From an uncultured Nitrososphaerota archaeon (GTDB lineage Archaea; Thermoproteota; Nitrososphaeria; Nitrososphaerales; CADDZS01), in NCBI GenBank assembly GCA_963799845.1, contig CAWCYI010000006.1, positions 722,547 to 786,546 of the forward strand: a DNA stretch of 64,000 nucleotides, written 5' to 3'. This document shows positions 58,100 through 64,000 of the stretch, piece after piece. A model generated the notes under the pieces. The model had not been told where the DNA came from. It saw nothing but the letters and a program-made list of their open reading frames with translations, and made no database searches. Both the position numbers and the translations under genes were made by a program. Each line of letters opens with the position of its first letter. Position 1 is the stretch's first letter.

Positions 58100-59700
58100 G
58101 CTAACACTCCATGTCCACGGACTATCTTTGATTTATTCTAGAATAAGAAAAAGCGTAACCATTTAGCGTTTTGAAGTAATCGGCCGAAAGCTATTTGGCC
58201 AAGATTCTCCATTGAACTTTCCGTAAGCCTTTGTCTTCGATTGACGATGAACCAAGTAATCTTCCCGAATACTACCAAAGTCAAATCGATGAACTTGAAG
58301 AACAAAACAGACTCCTGAAGGAGGAGAATAAACAGCTCAAGGAGGAGCTTGCCTCCCTCAAGACAACGCTTGGGGCAGTTGTTGCAAGGAGCATAAACGC
58401 AAAGAAGGACACTCCCGCGACCTTTACTACAACCACCTCCGATAACAGAAAGTACCACAAGAAATCTGGGAGAAGAAAAGGTCACGAAGGCGGGACGAGA
58501 AGAAAGCCAGACCACGTTGATCATACGATGGAACTGGATCAAACTGTATGCCCCAAATGCGGAGGAGTCCTCTCAGAAAAACCTACAGACAAATACGAAA
58601 GATTTGTCGAAGATGTCGTTCCCGCAAGATTGGTTGTAACAAGATACGTAATTAAGAGGAGATATTGCTGCGGATGCAGGAGACAGATCTCTCCTGAAGT
58701 GCCCAATGTCCTCAGCAACGAGCGATTCGGGCTCAGACTGATGCTCCTTATAGTTTCGCTCAAATTGCTGGGGCTGTCGTACGCAAAAATCACCTCACTA
58801 TTCAAGCTCATCTTCAATCTTGAGATGAGTGAGGCTTCGGTGGAGCACTCTGTGATGAAGGTTGCAGAAGCATTCGGTCCGCGTTACAGTGATCTCATCT
58901 CAGAAGTGAGAAATGAAAAGAGTCTGCATGGCGATGAAACAAGCTGGAGGATCAAGGGAAAGAACCACTGGCTCTGGACGTTTGTGGGCAAATGGTCGGT
59001 TATCTACGAGGTGGCAAGATCTCGAGGCAGCGAGGTTCCCATAAAGGTACTTGGTAGAGACTACGCTGGGACCGTGATAAGCGATTCATGGCCGGCATGG
59101 AACTACGTTGGAACAAAACATCAGAGATGCCTTCTGCACTACCTCCGTGATATAGAAGACACCCAGATCTATAAGAGACCGGGAAAAGAATTCACACCGT
59201 TTTCAAAGAAACTCAAACGCATACTGAATGACGCGATAAAAGTTGGAAAGAGCGTGAATGGAAAGAGGGATCGCCTAAGAGCCAAGAAGAGGTTTGAAGC
59301 GAGGGTCGAGAAAATTAACGCATCGTATTCGACCGTGGATGAGACAAACTGCATGCGGTTTGTCAAGCGTCTGAGAAGAGAGAAGGGAATGCTGTTCACG
59401 TTCCTTGAAGAGCTTGGAGTTGACTGGAACAACAATACAGCGGAGAGAGCAATAAGACCAAGCGTTGTCATTAGAAAGATAACCTACGGCAACCAATCGA
59501 TGGAAGGAGCAGATGCACACAAAGTGTTGATGAGCGTGAAAGAGACGTGCAGGCTGAGAGGATTGAACTTTTACGATTATGCCATGAACTATCTAAATCC
59601 AGCTTCAAAAAGCTAAACGGTTACGAAAAAGCTAATTTCCAGTTGTATCTCTGCCCATTCTCTCTGGTGCTTTTAATAGCAGTTCCCATTGATTCATAAA
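58100..59700 (+). mobile_element. IS66-family insertion sequence (ends approximate)
   Basis: Transposase gene. Similar 12-mers GGCCGAAAGCT (58183-58193) and GGCCGAAGAGCT (59743-59754) flank it in direct orientation. Termini are not resolved. Confidence 0.4.
58231..59616 (+). CDS. IS66-family transposase (single-ORF ISBst12-like type)
   Basis: N-terminal leucine zipper LEEQNRLLKEENKQLKEELASLK, CPKCGG zinc finger, and a DDE region with HGDETSWRIKGKNHWLW, which is typical of IS66 TnpC. Confidence 0.8.
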   Translation: MSSIDDEPSNLPEYYQSQIDELEEQNRLLKEENKQLKEELASLKTTLGAVVARSINAKKDTPATFTTTTSDNRKYHKKSGRRKGHEGGTRRKPDHVDHTMELDQTVCPKCGGVLSEKPTDKYERFVEDVVPARLVVTRYVIKRRYCCGCRRQISPEVPNVLSNERFGLRLMLLIVSLKLLGLSYAKITSLFKLIFNLEMSEASVEHSVMKVAEAFGPRYSDLISEVRNEKSLHGDETSWRIKGKNHWLWTFVGKWSVIYEVARSRGSEVPIKVLGRDYAGTVISDSWPAWNYVGTKHQRCLLHYLRDIEDTQIYKRPGKEFTPFSKKLKRILNDAIKVGKSVNGKRDRLRAKKRFEARVEKINASYSTVDETNCMRFVKRLRREKGMLFTFLEELGVDWNNNTAERAIRPSVVIRKITYGNQSMEGADAHKVLMSVKETCRLRGLNFYDYAMNYLNPASKS

Positions 59701-59744
59701 GAAAAAAATTTTCTGCGTTTCTACACACGTGAGCGCTTTTTGGC

Positions 59745-59830
59745 CGAAGAGCTACGTTCAAGCTCTGTTCAATTCGGACAGCTCGTTTCAAGCTCTTCCG
59801 GCAATACAGAGCTCGAAACGCCGAGTTTCG
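59745..59830. repeat. palindromic intergenic repeat element, copy B
   Basis: The 20-mer CAGCTCGTTTCAAGCTCTTC at 59779-59798 is identical to 10912-10931. The hairpin CGTTTCAAGCTCT...AGAGCTCGAAACG, GTTCAATTCG and ACAGAGCT are also shared with copy A. Confidence 0.6.
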
Positions 59831-59984
59831 ATCTTGCCTTCATTGCGATCTTCCAATAGAAATTGAGTCAGTTATAGCGCCATTATCGCAGTTGAATCGC
59901 TATTGTAAAATTGTTATTTTACAATGAGATCATTCAATCTTAAATAAACTGGAAAAAAACAAGGATGCAAAGAGCAGTCATAGA

Positions 59985-60959
59985 ATGGGCGTTTCAAGAA
60001 AAGGTCGTGGCGGTTTGCCCAAGCATGATGAAAAAATTGCTGTTGTTGGCTCCGGCTTGATGGGAAGGGGAATCGGCCAGTCGTTTGCTTCTGCCGGATA
60101 TCGCGTTACGCTGATTGATCTCAACCAAAAGATTCTCGATTTTGCGTTACAGCAGATCAGTGCATCCCTGAAAGTGATGGAAAAAGCCGGATTACTGAAC
60201 GAAACTAGGGAGACTGTTCTTTCTCGTATTTCCACGGAACCAGTCTTGTCAAATGGTGTTTCTGATTCTACCTTCGTCATCGAAGCAGTCTTTGAGAATA
60301 TCGACACAAAGAAAGACGTCTTCAAGAGGGTCGAGGCTTCAGTTAGCCCGGAAACGGTAATTTCAAGCAACACGACCGCCATTCCGATTACTTCTCTTGC
60401 GAGTGTTACGTCCCGTCCCGAACGCGTTGTTGGTGCTCATTTCTGGAATCCTCCGCAGCTGATGCGTGCAGTCGAAGTCACGAAGGGAGAAAAAACGAGC
60501 CCCGAAACTGTAGAAAAGATGGTATCGATCCTCAAGAATGCCGGAAAGAAACCGGCTGTAGTGAACAAAGATGTCCCGGGGCAGATCGGAATAAGAATAC
60601 TTTACGCGATGATCAGGGAGGCGACGTGGCTTGTTGAAAACGGGGTAGCTTCGGCTGAGGATGTTGACAACGTCATCAAAGAGGCGCTGGGAACGAGACT
60701 TGAAGTCGTCGGCCCTCTGGAACTTTCAGATCTTTCTGGAATCGATCTTGTTGAGAAAGTTGCAAAGATCCTCTACAAGTCGCTGGACTCTTCTCAGGGA
60801 CCACAGGAACTCGTGAAGGACATGGTAAAGCGGGGGAGCTTGGCGTAAAATCCGGAAAGGGATTTTACGACTGGAAGAAAGACCGCAACGTGCAGGAAAC
60901 GATCAAGTTACGCGACGAACACCTTATCAAAATCTTAAAGGAAAAAAGCGCCAGCAAAG
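59985..60959 (+). CDS. 3-hydroxyacyl-CoA dehydrogenase with apparent frameshift in a G5 run near 60831-60836
   Basis: NAD motif IAVVGSGLMGRGIG and the HBD domain. The expected C-terminus GELGVKSGKGFYDW continues in frame +1 after ...VKRGSLA(stop). Confidence 0.75.
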
Positions 60960-60991
60960 ACTCTTCCTGAGTAACGGTAGAATTCTTCCCG

Positions 60992-63376
60992 ATGTCCCAG
61001 CAGACTGTTCTTGAAGAAAACCAGGCTGATCTGGCCGTCATCGGCAAATCCGTTCCGCGCGTTGATGGGCGGGAGAAGGTTACAGGTATCGCAGTTTTCG
61101 CGTACGATATGGAACTGCCGAGGATGCTTTACGGCAAGATTCACAGGTCACGGATTGCTCACGCAGAAATCCTCTCTATTAACAAGGAGAAGGCCCTGCG
61201 GGTACCTGGAGTCCGCGCAGTTGTTACAGGTCAGGAAGTATCCCAGGGTCTTCGAGGGAGGGGCCTGCTGGATACGCCGATTCTTGCCCACGGCAAAGTA
61301 AGGTATGTCGGCGAGCCGATAGCTGCTGTCGCGGCGGAGACTCTCGAAGCCGCCGAAGAGGCGTGCGACCTGATTGAAGTGGAGTACAGGGAGCTCCAAT
61401 CTATTTTCGATCCCGAAAAATCGATGGAGCAAAACCCGGAGGTTGTGATCCACCCGGACATCGGCAAGTACCAGCGCCTCAAGGCTCAGATATACAAGGC
61501 GGTTTCAGATCCCGCGAGGCCGAACATTACAAACTACTTCAAGGTCAGGCATGGAAACATCGACGAAGCATTCGCGCGAGCAGATCTTATCGTCGAAAAT
61601 CGCTACTCGACCCACATGGTTCAGCACGCTCACATAGAGCCAATTGCGGTCCTCGCCAGGTTTGAGACCGACGGATCATACACGATTTGGACGTCAGGTC
61701 AAAATACCTACAGGACGAGGAGGGAGCTGAGCGACGCCCTAAAGGTTCCGGAGACCAAAATCAGGGTCATAGCGCTTCGTCACGTTGGCGGGGGTTTTGG
61801 CAACAAGGGAGCGGGTCACATCGAGCCGATAGTCGCCTCGCTGGCAGAGAAGACTAGGAGGCCGGTGAAAATCGCGCTTACGAGAGACGAAGTGTTCACC
61901 GCGACGAGCGTGCGGCACCCTTCCGTGACCTACGTGAAAGATGCGGTCAAGAAGGATGGCACAATCCTCGGCAGGCAGATAAAGCTGATCTACAACGGCG
62001 GAGCGTACTCACTTGCAGGGAATGTCGCGGTGGGAAACTCCATACACGGCATGACCAGTGTATACAGACTGCCCGCCCTGAGGGCCGATATTTACAGGGT
62101 CTACACGAATCAGGTCCAGGGGGGAGCGTTCCGAGGCTTCGGTGCGCCGCAGATCTATTTTGCCATTGAATCGCAGATGGATCTGGTAGCAGAAAAGCTC
62201 GGGATGGATCCGCTGGAATTCCGGAGGATAAACCTGCTCCACGATGGCGAAAAAACTGCAATCGGGCACAAGACGACTAACAGCACGATTGAGGAGTGTA
62301 TGGAAAAAGTCGCAGAGTCTGTCAGGTCAAAGCCACTACCAGAAGTGGATGGAAAGTGGCACTACGGCACTGGCTACGCGATTTCAAAGGAACAGTGCGA
62401 CGTCTCGTTTCCGAGCATGGCGTACGTCAGGTTGATCGAGGACGGCTCGATAGAAGTCTGGACGGCCGCGACAGATCCAGGAGAAGGAATTCACACCGTG
62501 CTTTCCCAGATCGCAGCGGAGGAAATGCAGATTCCCGTTGACAAGGTGCGGATGGTTCTCTCCGATACAGGGCTGACGCCGGTCGGAACCGGAGCGTCCG
62601 GTAGCAGGCAGACGTCCCAGATGGGAATGGCCGTCAAACTTGCTGCCCAGGATCTTAAGAAAAAAATGATTTCTTCCGCCGCGAGGAGGCTCACCATCCG
62701 TGAGGACTCGTTATCTTTCGTGAAAGGAGAAATCGTTGTCATTGGGGGAGTAGATGGTGCAAGAAAATCTCTTCCCTATAGCGAGATTTTCCGTCCCGGT
62801 CCGATGGGCGGTGCCTTCGTCCCTGAGGAAGGGACCCTGATGGGCAAGGCTTTCTGGATGCCGAAGACTGGAGAGCTGGATCCGGAGACGGGTCAGTCAT
62901 CAACCGATAGAGCCGTAGCATATTACACACCGGTAGCGCAGGCTGCTCGCGTCGCAATAAACATAGAGACCGGCGCTCTGAAAATAGTCGAATTCATCGG
63001 CTCGATCGACGTGGGAAAGGCGCTGAATCCGCTGAACGTGATCGGGCAGAATGAGGGCGCGATTGCGATGGGACTGAACGGGGCGATAAACGAAGAGATG
63101 GTTCTCGTGAACGGAAGAGTACTAAATCCGGATCTTAAGGACTACAAATTGCAGAGCATTATGGAGTACTATCCAATCAACTCGATCATACTGGAGAACT
63201 TCAATCCGGACGGTCCTTACGGGGCAAGGGGATGTGGGGAGGCCCCGATTAGTCCGGTCGCTCCGGCCCTTGCCAATGCAGTCTACAATGCGATTGGAAT
63301 CCGCTTTTTTGATCTTCCGATTACTCCTGAAAAAATACTCTTGGCGCTAAAGTCTCGCGGGAACGGAAAGCGTTAA
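60992..63376 (+). CDS. molybdopterin-binding large subunit of xanthine dehydrogenase/CO-dehydrogenase family (CoxL-like)
   Basis: 794 aa with the Ald_Xan_dh_C hammerhead and MoCo-binding domains (GGGFG, GEAPI...ANAV near the C-terminus). Confidence 0.85.
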   Translation: MSQQTVLEENQADLAVIGKSVPRVDGREKVTGIAVFAYDMELPRMLYGKIHRSRIAHAEILSINKEKALRVPGVRAVVTGQEVSQGLRGRGLLDTPILAHGKVRYVGEPIAAVAAETLEAAEEACDLIEVEYRELQSIFDPEKSMEQNPEVVIHPDIGKYQRLKAQIYKAVSDPARPNITNYFKVRHGNIDEAFARADLIVENRYSTHMVQHAHIEPIAVLARFETDGSYTIWTSGQNTYRTRRELSDALKVPETKIRVIALRHVGGGFGNKGAGHIEPIVASLAEKTRRPVKIALTRDEVFTATSVRHPSVTYVKDAVKKDGTILGRQIKLIYNGGAYSLAGNVAVGNSIHGMTSVYRLPALRADIYRVYTNQVQGGAFRGFGAPQIYFAIESQMDLVAEKLGMDPLEFRRINLLHDGEKTAIGHKTTNSTIEECMEKVAESVRSKPLPEVDGKWHYGTGYAISKEQCDVSFPSMAYVRLIEDGSIEVWTAATDPGEGIHTVLSQIAAEEMQIPVDKVRMVLSDTGLTPVGTGASGSRQTSQMGMAVKLAAQDLKKKMISSAARRLTIREDSLSFVKGEIVVIGGVDGARKSLPYSEIFRPGPMGGAFVPEEGTLMGKAFWMPKTGELDPETGQSSTDRAVAYYTPVAQAARVAINIETGALKIVEFIGSIDVGKALNPLNVIGQNEGAIAMGLNGAINEEMVLVNGRVLNPDLKDYKLQSIMEYYPINSIILENFNPDGPYGARGCGEAPISPVAPALANAVYNAIGIRFFDLPITPEKILLALKSRGNGKR

Positions 63377-63429
63377 TTCTCAAAATCGAAAACTTTCCGT
63401 ACGACCATCGGGTAAGGTGCGATTTTATT

Positions 63430-64000
63430 TTGACTTACAAGCAGTTCATCAACGGCGAGTTTGTGGATTCTTCGAGCGGCGAAAGCTACGAAGTAACGAA
63501 TCCCGCCAACGGAAAAATCGTAGATCGGGTCGCGAGGGGGACCGTCGAAGATGCAAAGGCGGCTATAGATTACGCCCACGATGCACTGAAACGCGAAAAA
63601 GCTTCGAAATCAAACATCTCCAAAATATTGCAAACCGTCTCGGGATTGATCAGAGAACACGAGACCGAGCTTGCGACTATAATGACTCTGGAGCAAGGCA
63701 AAACGCTTGCAGAGTCTCGCGGGGAGATAAGATTCTTCGCGCATACGATGGAGTACTACGCTGGTTTGAAGGCGCGTGGTTCGCAGGTGCAGATTTCCGA
63801 TCCGACGAAGCTCGCCGTGGTTGAAAAAGAGCCGGTCGGCGTCGTCGGCGCAATTGTGCCCTGGAACAATCCGATACTTTTGATGGGCGCGAAAGTCGCA
63901 GCTTCCCTCAGCTGCCGGCAGCGCGATTGTCGTGAAACCTGCTAGTACAACGCCCCTATCCACGCTGAAATCGATGGAATTATTCGAGGAAGCCGGTGTC
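63430..64000 (+). CDS. aldehyde dehydrogenase family protein, 3'-partial, with apparent frameshift near 63905-63915
   Basis: ALDH N-terminus (FINGEFVDSSSGESYEVTNPANGKIV, IVPWNNPILLMGAKVAASL). The conserved AAGSAIVVKPASTTPLS continues in another frame to the window end. Confidence 0.7.

Noticed and set aside
58138-58542. 134-aa minus-strand ORF overlapping the IS66 transposase start
   Set aside because: It is antisense to the transposase N-terminus and upstream region, with no motif.

Overview
This looks like a chromosomal segment from an archaeon, about 50% GC. The archaeal call rests on an intron-containing tRNA next to an RNase Z-like gene, a DhnA-type class I aldolase, several F420-dependent LLM/PPOX enzymes, stand-alone Lrp/AsnC RAM-domain proteins, a membrane-anchored Ser/Thr-linker substrate-binding protein, and TATA-like promoters. 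Most of the window is ordinary metabolism: SDRs, a 2-oxoacid dehydrogenase E1alpha/E1beta/E2 set, an FGGY kinase-PGDH-SDR operon, two APC permeases, sugar-phosphate isomerases, PurH, and CoxS/CoxM/CoxL-like molybdoenzyme subunits. On top of that sit at least four insertion-sequence types: an IS200/IS605 tnpA-tnpB unit with an amber-interrupted tnpB, a DDE transposase, an IS1182-family transposase next to a TnpB remnant, and a single-ORF IS66-family element. At least 8 genes carry single-nucleotide frameshifts or an in-frame stop. The most distinctive locus is 34.3-42.4 kb. It holds a KaiC-like ATPase with a degenerate second RecA domain, co-transcribed with a roughly 98-aa protein of an unrecognised family that has two further local paralogs, one pair being a tandem duplication with its promoter. 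Those genes are followed by IS debris, a DUF3494 ice-binding-like secreted protein, and tRNA-Pro with a non-canonical intron. Other points worth a look are a GcvH-like/TusA-like fusion lacking the lipoyl lysine, near a rhodanese and an AhpD-like gene, a Lys-rich protein with four DTFxxWxxKQ repeats, and a small palindromic repeat family present at two loci. No CRISPR array or rRNA was seen.
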